A DNA stretch of 32,000 bases from Desulfotalea psychrophila LSv54 (GTDB taxonomy: Bacteria; Desulfobacterota; Desulfobulbia; Desulfobulbales; Desulfocapsaceae): positions 2,100,001 to 2,132,000 of the forward strand of contig NC_006138.1 of assembly GCF_000025945.1 (NCBI RefSeq), given 5' to 3'. Below are positions 8,320-17,490 of the stretch, one piece after another (positions within the stretch are counted from its first letter, which is position 1; each line of letters opens with the position of its first letter). A program made the position numbers and the translations under genes. The notes under the pieces are model-generated. The model saw only the letters and a program-made list of their open reading frames with translations. It made no database searches and had not been told where the DNA came from.

Positions 8320-9570
8320 TTATTTTGCAATGTGTTCGAGTCCTGGGGCAGGAAATTTATCACAGAGAGCTTGTACTTCCTGGGCAATTTCGGCAAGAAC
8401 TGCGCTGTCTTCGAAATTATTGACAACTCTGTCCATCATGTTACCGAGTATTACCATCTCAGCCTTGGCAAAACCCCTTGAGGTGATTGCGCAGGTGCCG
8501 AGGCGGATACCGCTAGGATCAAAAGGTTTGCGCTTATCAAAGGGCACAGAGTTGCAGTTGAGAACAATGCCTGCAGCATCAAGGGCCTTTGCCGCCTGCT
8601 TGCCGGTAATGTTTTTGTTGGAAAGGTCAATGAGCATAAGGTGGTTTTCTGTGCCACCTGTTACCAGATTAAAACCTTTCTCAATAAGTACATCGGCAAG
8701 GCTTGCTGCATTTTCGACTACCTGAGCGGTATATTTTTTGAAGCTATCTGTGCTAGCCTCTTTCAGGGCAACGGCAATGGCTGCGGTGGTGCTGTCGTGT
8801 GGACCGCCCTGCATTCCCGGGAATACAGCCTTGTCGATTGCCTTGGCATATTCAGCCTTACACATGATCATTGCCCCACGTGGGCCGCGGAGGGATTTGT
8901 GGGTGGTGGTGGTAACTACATCGGCATATGGAAATGGAGAGGGATGAACGCCACCGGCAACAAGTCCTGCAAAGTGGGCCATATCAACCATCAGCAAAGC
9001 CCCAACCTCATCGGCGATTTCGCGGAACTTGGCGAAGTCGAGTATCCTTGGATATGCAGAGTGACCGGCAATCAAAATTTTTGGTTTGCATTCAAGGGCC
9101 TTGTTACGAATTTCTTCGTAATCCAGTATGCCCTCTTCGTTGAGTGCATAGGAGACGGCATTAAAATATTTACCAGAAATACTTACCTTGGAACCGTGGG
9201 TAAGGTGTCCACCGTGGGGAAGTGCCATTCCCAGGATGGTGTCGCCAGGTTTTAGGAAGGCGAGATAGACGGCCATATTAGCAGGAGATCCTGAGTATGG
9301 CTGTACGTTAACATGTTCTGCGCCAAAAACAGCCTTTGCCCGGTCAATGGCAATGCTCTCTATTTGGTCAATAAGCTGTTGCCCCTCATAGTAGCGCTTG
9401 CCGGGATATCCTTCTGAATATTTATTGGTAAGAATAGAACCTGTTGCCTCAAGCACAGCCGAGGATACATAGTTCTCTGAGGCAATGAGACGAATCTTAT
9501 TGTGCTGACGTACCTCTTCTTGTTGGATTAAAGAAAAAATTTCTGGATCTTGCTGTTGTAAAGCTGTCAT
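8320..9570 (-). CDS. glyA: Serine hydroxymethyltransferase
   Basis: The SHMT sequence is unmistakable, including the PLP-lysine motif 'VVTTTTHKSLRGPRG'. ATG at 9570 (MTALQQQDPEIF...) has a GGAGA RBS. The 9597 start would add 9 non-conserved residues. Confidence 0.95.
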   Translation of the reverse strand: MTALQQQDPEIFSLIQQEEVRQHNKIRLIASENYVSSAVLEATGSILTNKYSEGYPGKRYYEGQQLIDQIESIAIDRAKAVFGAEHVNVQPYSGSPANMAVYLAFLKPGDTILGMALPHGGHLTHGSKVSISGKYFNAVSYALNEEGILDYEEIRNKALECKPKILIAGHSAYPRILDFAKFREIADEVGALLMVDMAHFAGLVAGGVHPSPFPYADVVTTTTHKSLRGPRGAMIMCKAEYAKAIDKAVFPGMQGGPHDSTTAAIAVALKEASTDSFKKYTAQVVENAASLADVLIEKGFNLVTGGTENHLMLIDLSNKNITGKQAAKALDAAGIVLNCNSVPFDKRKPFDPSGIRLGTCAITSRGFAKAEMVILGNMMDRVVNNFEDSAVLAEIAQEVQALCDKFPAPGLEHIAK

Positions 9571-10302
9571 TGCATCTCCTCGTTCGGTCTTGTGCACCCA
9601 GAGTTTTAATTATTACTGTGGTACCGCACGTGCTAAAAAATGGTATATTCCTTGTTAGGAACAGGTTGATCTCTCCTGCTGCCTATGTGGCTGGAGAAAA
9701 AATGAGCATGGGCTTTGGCCTATAGGTGACATTTCAGGTGGCAATGTGTTGGTGAAAGCCAATCTGGCTATTTTAGCCTCCCATAGAAAACCAATATGGG
9801 CAGGACAATATACTAAAAAATTGCTGTTTGCACGGAGAAACTGTGAATTACAGATAAAAATAGGTGCTTTGATGATCAGTTTGTCAATTTCCAGTTAAAA
9901 AATTGCCCAAATGAGCAATTGTGCCGTTTTTTAATAAAAAATAAATATTAAGAAATATTGTGATAGAATTTAGAATGATAAGTAATCATGTAAATATAGC
10001 AACCTAAAAACAAATTAAGCTGAGCAGACTCTGGCCTTGGCTGATATTGCAACGGATAATGGTGAGGATGGTCTCTTTGCTGTTCTTGTACGAGGCATTT
10101 GCCTGAATGTGGGAGGATGTGGAGGAGGAGCGTTTCGTTCGGGGAGAAAGGAAATATCTCGTCTTTTTTTAGGTTAGTCTTCTTATATTGTTGCTTACAG
10201 GATCTTTGTTTGCTGGTAGGTCTTACTTGAAATCAAACCCATAGAGGGGTAAAAGAAGGTAGGTTATGAATTGTACCTACTTCTATAAAGGCTAATGACA
10301 AG

Positions 10303-12006
10303 ATGAAATTGATGAACTTGACCTTATATAAAAATAAACCGCTACAGCTATGGGGACAGTGCTTTTTTCTGTTTTTTCTATTTGTTGTGGCCCTTCCTCA
10401 GCAGGTTTTTGCTGCTGAGAAATATAATATTGTCTATCTGCTCACCGATGATATTGATCTTGCCCTTGACTATAAGGATGATATTGAGCCTGTTCTGGGG
10501 ACAACAATTAGTGATAAATTGAGGATTGTCAGTAAGGGCAAAAAATATGCTGTTATCTATAATGGCGGTGATTCGTCACAATCTGTAGCCAGTACTCTGG
10601 TGAAACATGTAGATTTGCTTGAGAAGGCAGGTTTTGATCAGCCCTATGCATCAATGGAGCAGGGCTTTTCCCGCCTCTATAATGTCAGTTATGGGATGGG
10701 GCCAAATATTGATGCTCTGAAAAGGACTTATAATAAGGTCTATGCAACCCTAGGTGAGGATGTTGGCCGTAATCTCTTTATCGAAAAAACAGCAAAGGGC
10801 AATTATACCCTGATCTATCGTAGGCGAGGTACGAAGAAGTCAACCAGTGTGGTGGCCAGGCGTCATGGCAGAATACTCCGCTTGAAGAAGATAAGGCCCT
10901 CTATTACGCAAGAAAATAATAATGAGGTTGTTTTTGGCGAGTCGAGTCTGCTGGATGAGGATGAAGAGAAGGTAGTTGTCGTTAAGGGCGAGCGCACTGT
11001 GATGGATGTTTTATCGGCACCACAGGTTGGCGATGAAATAGTGATTGTGCAGGAAAAAAATATTCTGCCGTTATCGCCGGCTTTGCCTGGCTTACCCTCC
11101 ATTGTCTTTCCTGCCGAGAAAATTAAGTTGCAGGCGGTTAAGAAAGTATATATTGCCAAGGTGACGGGACGTGGCAAGAGGGTGCATAAAACGGTTTCCA
11201 GCACCCTACGGGTAAAAAGGTCATCTTCACGGAAAGTTGAAAAATCTATTGAAGCCTATATTGCCAAGCTTCGTCAGAAGGGAAAAATTTCCAGAGATGA
11301 AGCCACGGGCTGGATGGTTTTTGATCTTGCCACCGGTGAGTCAATTGTTGATATTAACGCTAATCGGAAATTTCAAACAGCAAGCATGATCAAACCATTT
11401 GTGGCCCTTGCCTTCTTCCATAAGGTGCAGGCTGGTCAACTGACCTATGGCCCAAGGAGCAGGCGTAATATGACGGCCATGATTCAGAGATCCAGTAATT
11501 CATCAACTAACTGGGTCATGCGTCAGGTTGGTGGGCCTCGGGCCTGCGAGGCTATTTTGACCAAGTACTATCCGCAAATTTTTAAGGGGATTGAGCTTAA
11601 GGAGTATATTCCAGCCGGAGGACGTACATATAAAAACCGTGCATACCCATCTGATTATGTTCGTTTTTTGCGAGAACTTTGGGACAGGAAGTTGCCTCAC
11701 TCAAAAGAGATGAGGCGTCTTATGGCCCTGCCTGGTCGGGATCGGCTCTACTTTGGTACTCCCATTCCCCGTGGAACTTTGGTCTATAACAAGACAGGTT
11801 CAACAGCACATCTCTGTGGCGATATGGGTATTTTAGTGCCTAAAACCAGAAGTGGTTCTCGTTACCCATATGTTATTGTGGGTATTATTGAGAAAAAATC
11901 TCGATCGGCAAATTACGGTGCCTGGGTTGCCTCACGAAGTAAGGTGATTCGTCAGGTGTCAACTCTTGTCTATCGGGAGATGAAGAAAGAACATAGGTTG
12001 AGATAG
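10303..12006 (+). CDS. Secreted serine hydrolase with C-terminal class-A beta-lactamase/penicillin-binding fold and a novel-looking N-terminal half
   Basis: It has a signal peptide (…LPQQVFA/AEK). The C-terminal ~230 aa carry S-x-x-K (SMIK, S at 11383-11385), S-x-N (SSN) and K-T-G (NKTGST) in the canonical order. The N-terminal ~300 aa carry an internal duplication and a Lys/Arg/Ser-rich linker. Confidence 0.75.
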   Translation: MKLMNLTLYKNKPLQLWGQCFFLFFLFVVALPQQVFAAEKYNIVYLLTDDIDLALDYKDDIEPVLGTTISDKLRIVSKGKKYAVIYNGGDSSQSVASTLVKHVDLLEKAGFDQPYASMEQGFSRLYNVSYGMGPNIDALKRTYNKVYATLGEDVGRNLFIEKTAKGNYTLIYRRRGTKKSTSVVARRHGRILRLKKIRPSITQENNNEVVFGESSLLDEDEEKVVVVKGERTVMDVLSAPQVGDEIVIVQEKNILPLSPALPGLPSIVFPAEKIKLQAVKKVYIAKVTGRGKRVHKTVSSTLRVKRSSSRKVEKSIEAYIAKLRQKGKISRDEATGWMVFDLATGESIVDINANRKFQTASMIKPFVALAFFHKVQAGQLTYGPRSRRNMTAMIQRSSNSSTNWVMRQVGGPRACEAILTKYYPQIFKGIELKEYIPAGGRTYKNRAYPSDYVRFLRELWDRKLPHSKEMRRLMALPGRDRLYFGTPIPRGTLVYNKTGSTAHLCGDMGILVPKTRSGSRYPYVIVGIIEKKSRSANYGAWVASRSKVIRQVSTLVYREMKKEHRLR

Positions 12007-12030
12007 GTGTTTTTCTTCGATTCTCTGCCT

Positions 12031-12843
12031 CTACTTGTCTCCTTCTAACTGGCGATAGTGGCGCTCTCGGTCGGCGGTATCCTGCTGATAGTAGGAGGAG
12101 AGTACCTGGTAGAGTCGTTGGTATTCATCTTGCATTTTCAGGGGACGATCAAAGAAGAGCTCTGTTGCCACGGCAAAAAACTCTGCTTCATTGAGGCTCC
12201 CATAGGAATCAAGCAGGGTAGACTGTCCCCGTTCAGTCTCTTGGCGCAGGCGTAAAAATTCTTCGGTAAAAGTCTTCACCCACTGCATATAGAGCTCTCT
12301 GCTATGCAGTTCCGGGGTACCATCTGCCCGGCCATCACGCATATCAAGAATATGGGCAAATTCATGATATACCACATTATGGCCTCTTTCCGGATGCCTT
12401 GCCCCGGAGAGAACGGCATCCCAGACCAGAACTACGGCCCCCTGTTGCCAGGCTAGGCCGAGAACCTGTTGCTGATCGGGGATAATCGATCCACCCATGG
12501 AAAAAACTGATTGTCTGGCAGGCGGAATGGTCACGGTAGTTGGATAGACTAGAACAGAGTCAATATTACTGTACTGAAATAAGGGGAGGCCAAGTACTAA
12601 AAGACTGGCCTGGGCTGCGATGATCACTCTTATGGTATCATTGAGTTCAAGTCCGCCACAGCCCTCAAAGTTTTTCTCTGCTATAAATACTTGAGAGAGA
12701 TCTTCCACTGTCTTTTTTTCATCTTCGCTAAGATATTTATAGTGAACCAAATTCTCCTGTAAAATATCTCGCCAGTGGCAGGGAAAGGGCTCCTGCAAAA
12801 TTTTTCCTCGCCGACGTTCTTTCAACCAGTTCAGCATAGCCAT
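12031..12843 (-). CDS. mtfA: Zinc metallopeptidase, M90 / MtfA (Mlc titration factor A) family
   Basis: It has the HExxH motif in 'VVYHEFAHILD' and a downstream 'NEAEFFAVATELFF', both typical of MtfA/DUF980. The start could be ATG 12837, which has better spacing to the GGGGGA RBS. Confidence 0.8.
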   Translation of the reverse strand: MAMLNWLKERRRGKILQEPFPCHWRDILQENLVHYKYLSEDEKKTVEDLSQVFIAEKNFEGCGGLELNDTIRVIIAAQASLLVLGLPLFQYSNIDSVLVYPTTVTIPPARQSVFSMGGSIIPDQQQVLGLAWQQGAVVLVWDAVLSGARHPERGHNVVYHEFAHILDMRDGRADGTPELHSRELYMQWVKTFTEEFLRLRQETERGQSTLLDSYGSLNEAEFFAVATELFFDRPLKMQDEYQRLYQVLSSYYQQDTADRERHYRQLEGDK

Positions 12844-12876
12844 TTCCCCCTTAAAATATTTCAGATGTGAGCGTTT

Positions 12877-13266
12877 TTAGACAAGGGCAATAAGGTCAAT
12901 TTCAACCCGGGCATTCTTGGGCAGGTGGGCAACCTCAACACAGGCTCTGGCAGGTGCCTCTTCGCCAAAAAACTCTGCGTAAACTGCATTGATCTTGGCG
13001 AAATCAGTGAGGTTTGCAACAAAGACAGTGGCTTTTACCACTAACTCAAAGTTGCTTCCCGCAGCCGAGAGTATTGCCCCGAGGTTGGTCATTACCTGGC
13101 GTGTTTCTGTCTGGACATCACCTGCTACAATCTCTCCCGTTACCGGATCAAGGCCCAGCTGCCCCGAAACAAAAACCATGGAATCGGTTTTCACTGCCTG
13201 CGAATATGGACCGAGGGCATTGGGTGCATCTTTAGTACTGATAACTTTACGTTGTTGAACAGCCAT
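12877..13266 (-). CDS. ridA: RidA/YjgF-family reactive enamine/imine deaminase
   Basis: 129-aa ORF that matches the RidA pattern throughout (APNALGPYSQAV...VFVSGQLGLDP...VKATVFVANLTDFAKINAVYAEFF...PARACVEVAHLPKNARVEID). It has an AGGAGA RBS and lies 33 nt upstream of mtfA on the same strand. Confidence 0.92.
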   Translation of the reverse strand: MAVQQRKVISTKDAPNALGPYSQAVKTDSMVFVSGQLGLDPVTGEIVAGDVQTETRQVMTNLGAILSAAGSNFELVVKATVFVANLTDFAKINAVYAEFFGEEAPARACVEVAHLPKNARVEIDLIALV

Positions 13267-13491
13267 CTCATTCTCCTCTGATAGATTAATAAAAAATTAT
13301 TATACACAAAGCAGAGGGGAAATTCCTCCTTTCTCTCTGTTCTCGGGTAGCCCTGTTTGTCAGGTTGCTCTGCGCCATTTTTTTCAAGGAAAAGAGGATT
13401 ATTTTATCCTGTAGTGAAGAGGTGTTTTTTTACAGGCAGGAATGAGATGCTAGCTGCTTTTTTTTATGGCACCTAGGCAGAAAAAAGTGAT

Positions 13492-13513
13492 TGCAGGGCA
13501 ATGTTGCCCTGCA
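13492..13513. promoter_or_regulatory. Perfect 10-2-10 inverted repeat in the ridA/arsC divergent region (candidate operator)
   Basis: TGCAGGGCAA-tg-TTGCCCTGCA, 145 nt upstream of the arsC ATG. No T-tract follows, so it is not an obvious terminator. Confidence 0.3.
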
Positions 13514-13658
13514 GGTGCCGAAAGGTTAAGATGGGCCGATATCTCTCTTAATCGATATCTCAGGGCAAATGCTACCCTCGTCTGAGGCGGGATTATAGAT
13601 TTTGCCTTAAATCCTTTTTATGTCAGTTGGGAGCTCTTCTGACTGCTTTTCCGGAATA

Positions 13659-14093
13659 ATGAAAATACTTTTTCTTTGCACAGGAAACTCCTGTAGAAGC
13701 CAGATGGCCGAGGGCTGGACCCGTTATCTTCATCCTGAAATATTCACCGTCTATTCGGCAGGAGTTGAAATTCATGGCATGAACCCCCACGCCGTTCAGG
13801 TAATGGGGGAGGCAGGTATTGATATCAGTGGTCAGAGGTCTCAGCACCTCGATGATTTTTCTGCTCTGGAAATTGATTATGTCATCACCGTCTGTAGTAA
13901 CGCTCAGGAGAGTTGCCCTATCTTTCCCCGAGCTACCAAGACCCTGCATGTGGGCTTTGATGATCCTCCCGCCATGGCTCGTGAACTGGCAGCAGCCGGT
14001 GCCGGTGCGGAGGTACAGCTGGACTGTTACCGCCGGGTCCGGGATCAGATAGGCGAGTTTGTCCGCACCCTGCCAGAGAGGCTCTCCGCATAG
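13659..14093 (+). CDS. arsC: Arsenate reductase, LMW-PTPase/thioredoxin-coupled type
   Basis: It has the CX5R P-loop 'LCTGNSCRSQMAEGW' plus a second Cys pair 'VCSNAQESCP', corresponding to the Cys82/Cys89 relay of pI258-type ArsC. The start is taken at ATG 13659 (MKILFLCTGN); ORF 13620 adds 13 residues. Confidence 0.85.
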   Translation: MKILFLCTGNSCRSQMAEGWTRYLHPEIFTVYSAGVEIHGMNPHAVQVMGEAGIDISGQRSQHLDDFSALEIDYVITVCSNAQESCPIFPRATKTLHVGFDDPPAMARELAAAGAGAEVQLDCYRRVRDQIGEFVRTLPERLSA

Positions 14094-14155
14094 AAAGCTC
14101 GTCGGACAGTTCCAACCAGCTCCACTCTATCTGTGAATTTTCACCGCTGTCCGCA

Positions 14156-14986
14156 TTAACCGAATCTGCCGGTAATGTAATCCTCTGTCAGTTGATGACC
14201 TGGATTGGTAAAGATCTTCTCCGTTGCTCCTACCTCCACCAGAGAACCCATATGAAAGTATGCAGTTCTTTGTGAGACCCGGGAGGCCTGTTGCATGGCA
14301 TGGGTCACAATAACAATAGAGTACTGAGTGCTTAGCTCGGCAATCAGCTCCTCTACTTTGGCTGTGGCGATGGGATCCAGAGCTGAACAGGGCTCATCCA
14401 TTAGGATAACTTCGGGGCTGACAGCAATGGCCCGGGCAATACAGAGGCGTTGTTGCTGGCCACCCGACAGACTTGTACCCGATTCATGAAGTCGATCCTT
14501 CACCTCATCCCAAAGGCCTGCCTTAATTAGAGAACTCTCCACTATTTCAGAGAGGTCAGCCTTGCCGGTGGCAAGGCCATGAATCCGGGGTCCGTAGGAA
14601 ACATTGTCAAAGATAGATTTTGGGAAGGGATTGGGCTTTTGAAAGACCATGCCCACCTGGGCCCGCAGAGGAACCACATCCACTGTGGGAGCATAAATAT
14701 TCACCCCATCAAGAGTGATATCGCCGCTCACCCGACAACTGGCAAGGCTGTCGTTCATTCGGTTTAAGCAGCGAAGAAAGGTAGATTTGCCGCAGCCTGA
14801 GGGGCCAATCATGGCCAGCACCTCGTTGCGACCAACGTCTATGGAAATGTTTTTGATAGCACATTTTTCGCCATAATGAACGTCGACCTTACGACATGTC
14901 ATCCGGGCATTTTCAACAAAGGGGACGCCCACGGTCTGCTGGGAGGTTTCGGAGAGTTCTCCGTTTGTATCTAATCTGAGTTGCAT
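14156..14986 (-). CDS. pstB: Phosphate ABC transporter ATP-binding protein
   Basis: It shows Walker A 'GPSGCGKST', the signature '[14 protein letters not shown]', Walker B '[11 protein letters not shown]' and the PstB-typical 'YGPRIHG'. The start is placed at ATG 14986, downstream of the inter-cistronic hairpin. The ORF extends to 15037, and ATG 14902 is also possible. Confidence 0.9.
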   Translation of the reverse strand: MQLRLDTNGELSETSQQTVGVPFVENARMTCRKVDVHYGEKCAIKNISIDVGRNEVLAMIGPSGCGKSTFLRCLNRMNDSLASCRVSGDITLDGVNIYAPTVDVVPLRAQVGMVFQKPNPFPKSIFDNVSYGPRIHGLATGKADLSEIVESSLIKAGLWDEVKDRLHESGTSLSGGQQQRLCIARAIAVSPEVILMDEPCSALDPIATAKVEELIAELSTQYSIVIVTHAMQQASRVSQRTAYFHMGSLVEVGATEKIFTNPGHQLTEDYITGRFG

Positions 14987-15009
14987 TGTTATCGCTCTCA
15001 ATTGGTTCG

Positions 15010-15031
15010 GCAGGGCTGTAATCAGCCCTGC
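15010..15031 (-). other. Inter-cistronic stem-loop between pstS and pstB
   Basis: 9-bp GC-rich stem GCAGGGCTG / CAGCCCTGC with a 4-nt loop and no U-tract. It sits right after the pstS stop, so it could be a transcript-stabilising or partial-attenuation hairpin giving excess pstS mRNA. Confidence 0.45.
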
Positions 15032-15042
15032 TGGCAAAATAT

Positions 15043-16083
15043 TTATTTTTTCAGGGTTTTCAGTTCTTTCACAGCTTGGGCATACTCTGCCCTCTCAGCC
15101 TCGGGCATGGGAATCATGCCCTTATCGGCCAGATAACCCTCATCGCCCCATGCCTTTTCACTGGTAAACTCAGCAAGAAAGCCCTTCATGCCCGGAATAA
15201 CATCCACATGGGCCTTTTTTACATAGAAAAAGAGTGGCCGAGAGACGGGGTAGCTCCCGTCGGCAATGGCCTCGAAGGTCGGTTCCATCCCTTCGATGAA
15301 AGACCCCTGAACCAGATCGGCATTTTGCTCAAGGAAGGAAAATCCGAAAATACCAACGGCCGCCGGATTTGCCTGGAGTTTCTGGACAATGAGATTGTCA
15401 TTTTCACCTGCCTCAATATAGGCACCATCTTCACGGATGGTGTGGCAGATCTTTTTGTAGGCCTTTTTGTCTGCCTTCTTCAGGGCTTTGATGGAGTCAA
15501 ACTGCTTGGCGCCACTCTCCATGGCCAGCTCTACAAAGGCATCGCGGGTACCCGAGGTTGGGGGAGGACCCAATACTTCAATTTGGGTGGCAGGGAGCTG
15601 GGGGTTCACATCCCGCCAGGTCTTATAGGGGTTAGCGATCATTTTAGTAGGGTCCTGAGGATCCGGTACCTGCATGGCCAGGGCCATGAAAATTTCCTTT
15701 CTGCTCAGCTTGAGTGGAGCTCTCTCCTTAGAGTTGGCCAGAACGATTCCATCATAACCTATCTTTACCTCGACAATGTCTCCTACCCCGTTGGCCTGGC
15801 ACTGATTAAATTCAGAAGATTTGATCGCCCGGGAGGCGTTGGTGATATCAGGATAGTTAACCCCGAGACCGCTGCAGAAGAGTTTAAAACCACCACCCGA
15901 TCCTGTGGACTCAATTTTGGGAGTGGCAAAATTCGTCGTTTTACCAAACTGCTCTGCAACCACCGTCGCAAAAGGGTAGACCGTTGAAGAGCCGACAACG
16001 GAAATATAATCACGGGCCGCAAGGGCTGTTCCCGCAGCCAGTAAGGATATGGTACAGCCTAATAAAACAGTTTTTACCTTCAT
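15043..16083 (-). CDS. pstS: Phosphate ABC transporter substrate-binding protein (PstS/PBP-like-2 family)
   Basis: It has a signal peptide (…[10 protein letters not shown]) and the PstS-family motifs '[12 protein letters not shown]' and '[12 protein letters not shown]'. An AGGAGA RBS is present. It is embedded between pstA and pstB. Confidence 0.88.
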   Translation of the reverse strand: MKVKTVLLGCTISLLAAGTALAARDYISVVGSSTVYPFATVVAEQFGKTTNFATPKIESTGSGGGFKLFCSGLGVNYPDITNASRAIKSSEFNQCQANGVGDIVEVKIGYDGIVLANSKERAPLKLSRKEIFMALAMQVPDPQDPTKMIANPYKTWRDVNPQLPATQIEVLGPPPTSGTRDAFVELAMESGAKQFDSIKALKKADKKAYKKICHTIREDGAYIEAGENDNLIVQKLQANPAAVGIFGFSFLEQNADLVQGSFIEGMEPTFEAIADGSYPVSRPLFFYVKKAHVDVIPGMKGFLAEFTSEKAWGDEGYLADKGMIPMPEAERAEYAQAVKELKTLKK

Positions 16084-16125
16084 CTTCTTCTCCTGGTAGT
16101 TTTTTTACCGTAGGGTTTATTGGTG

Positions 16126-17388
16126 TTACCACTTTGTTTCGAATTTCTTACGCAGGAATACCGCCGCGGCATTCATGGAGATTAAAAACAGCAGCAGGAT
16201 CATGATGGCCGCTGAGGTTTTTTCGGAAAAGGCCCGTTCCGGGCTGTCTGCCCAAAGATATATCTGTACGGGCAGGACCGTGGAGGGGTCAGTGATTCCA
16301 CCTGGAATGTCGACAATAAAGGCAATCATGCCAATCATCAGCAGGGGTGCCGTTTCACCAAGGGCCTGGGCCATACCAATGATTGTCCCTGTCAGCATGC
16401 CGGGCATGGCCAGGGGGAGGACATGGTGGGTTATGGTCTGCATCTTGGAGGCACCAACGCCAAGGGCTGCTTCACGGATGGAGGGGGGCACTGATTTGAG
16501 GGAGGCCCGGCTGGCAATGATGATTGTTGGCAGGGTCATCAGGGAGAGTACCAGCCCACCCACCAGCGGAGTAGAGCGGGGTATTCCCCAGATGTTGATG
16601 AAGACTGCAAGACCGAGCAGGCCAAAAATAATTGAAGGCACAGCGGCAAGGTTGTTGATGTTTACCTCAATCAGATCTGTCCACCTGTTGCTCGGGGCAA
16701 ACTCTTCGAGATAAATTGCCGTGGCCACCCCAATGGGAAAGGAGAGGCAGAGGGTGATGAGGAGAGTATAGAAAGAACCACAGGCTGCTCCCAAAATTCC
16801 TGCCAACTCCGGTTCACGCGAATCTCCCGCCGTGAAAAAGGTGGTGTTGAAAACCATCTCTATTTTATTATTTGCCACCAGGCTGTCAATCCAAGCCAGC
16901 TGTTGATCGTTCACCCGGCGATTGGCCTGAGGCAGAGAACGATCAATTTCTCCCTTCATCAGCATATCCACATCATCGTTTGCAGGAACCCAAAATTTCA
17001 GTCGACTGCCTATTATGGCCGGATCTGCAAGTACCTTATCCTGAATTTCAAAGGAGGCACCGGGACTGATCAGGCGATAGAGACTCTTTTTATCCTGTCG
17101 ATCTGTTACCTCGGGAAACAGGGCATAAAGAGATCTCTTCACCATGGCCGGATAATTTGCCAGGCGAAGGTTTTCGCCTACGAAATCTGCTGGTCGTAAC
17201 TCCACCTCAAGCTCTATTTTTGTCTGCTCAAAGGCCTTATAGCCATGGGTAAAAATATCAGAGAAGAGAAAGGCAATAAAACAGAGAGCTACAGCTATGG
17301 CAGAGACACCGGCAAGACGGAAACAACGGTCCTTGCGATATCGACTCTGTAGTTTTGCACTATTTTGTATGCTGGCGAGTGTATTCAT
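16126..17388 (-). CDS. pstA: Phosphate ABC transporter permease PstA (long form with large N-terminal periplasmic loop)
   Basis: 420-aa ORF. After the first TM helix there is a ~170-aa soluble loop, then the PstA permease core with the EAA-type loop ('SLKSVPPSIREAALGVGASKMQT'). Confidence 0.88.
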   Translation of the reverse strand: MNTLASIQNSAKLQSRYRKDRCFRLAGVSAIAVALCFIAFLFSDIFTHGYKAFEQTKIELEVELRPADFVGENLRLANYPAMVKRSLYALFPEVTDRQDKKSLYRLISPGASFEIQDKVLADPAIIGSRLKFWVPANDDVDMLMKGEIDRSLPQANRRVNDQQLAWIDSLVANNKIEMVFNTTFFTAGDSREPELAGILGAACGSFYTLLITLCLSFPIGVATAIYLEEFAPSNRWTDLIEVNINNLAAVPSIIFGLLGLAVFINIWGIPRSTPLVGGLVLSLMTLPTIIIASRASLKSVPPSIREAALGVGASKMQTITHHVLPLAMPGMLTGTIIGMAQALGETAPLLMIGMIAFIVDIPGGITDPSTVLPVQIYLWADSPERAFSEKTSAAIMILLLFLISMNAAAVFLRKKFETKW

Positions 17389-17490
17389 TTTTTTTTTACT
17401 TATGGGTGATTTGAAAAATTAAGATTTTCAATAAATATCAGCGAGGCCCCGACTCCGAGGCGAATTAAAAAATTTCTGGCAGGGCAGAGA

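Noticed and set aside
8641-9255. 204-aa ORF on the + strand, plus the neighbouring ORFs 8330-8725, 8738-8947 and 8928-9143
   Set aside because: All are antisense to glyA, whose identity is unambiguous. They are Gly/Cys/Trp-rich translations typical of reverse-frame artefacts.
9598-9850. Possible ZTP (pfl) or THF riboswitch in the glyA leader
   Set aside because: I could not find the conserved ZTP core (GGGTCGTGAC...CCGCCTGGGC-like) or any THF-like core on the glyA-sense strand. I kept it only as a generic 'unexplained long leader' finding.
13467-13472. TGGCAC that looked like a sigma54 -24 element upstream of arsC
   Set aside because: There is no TTGC(A/T) -12 element at the required 5-nt spacing; the next TTGCA is 18 nt away.
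15076-15987. 303-aa ORF on the + strand
   Set aside because: It lies entirely antisense to the well-supported pstS gene. The sequence is low-complexity with no recognisable motifs and no RBS. It is a typical shadow ORF.
16175-16714. 179-aa + strand ORF, plus ORFs 16872-17069, 16903-17199, 18065-18433 and 17945-18250
   Set aside because: These are shadow ORFs inside pstA and pstC. Their Met/Arg/Pro-rich composition mirrors the reverse complement of hydrophobic permease codons.
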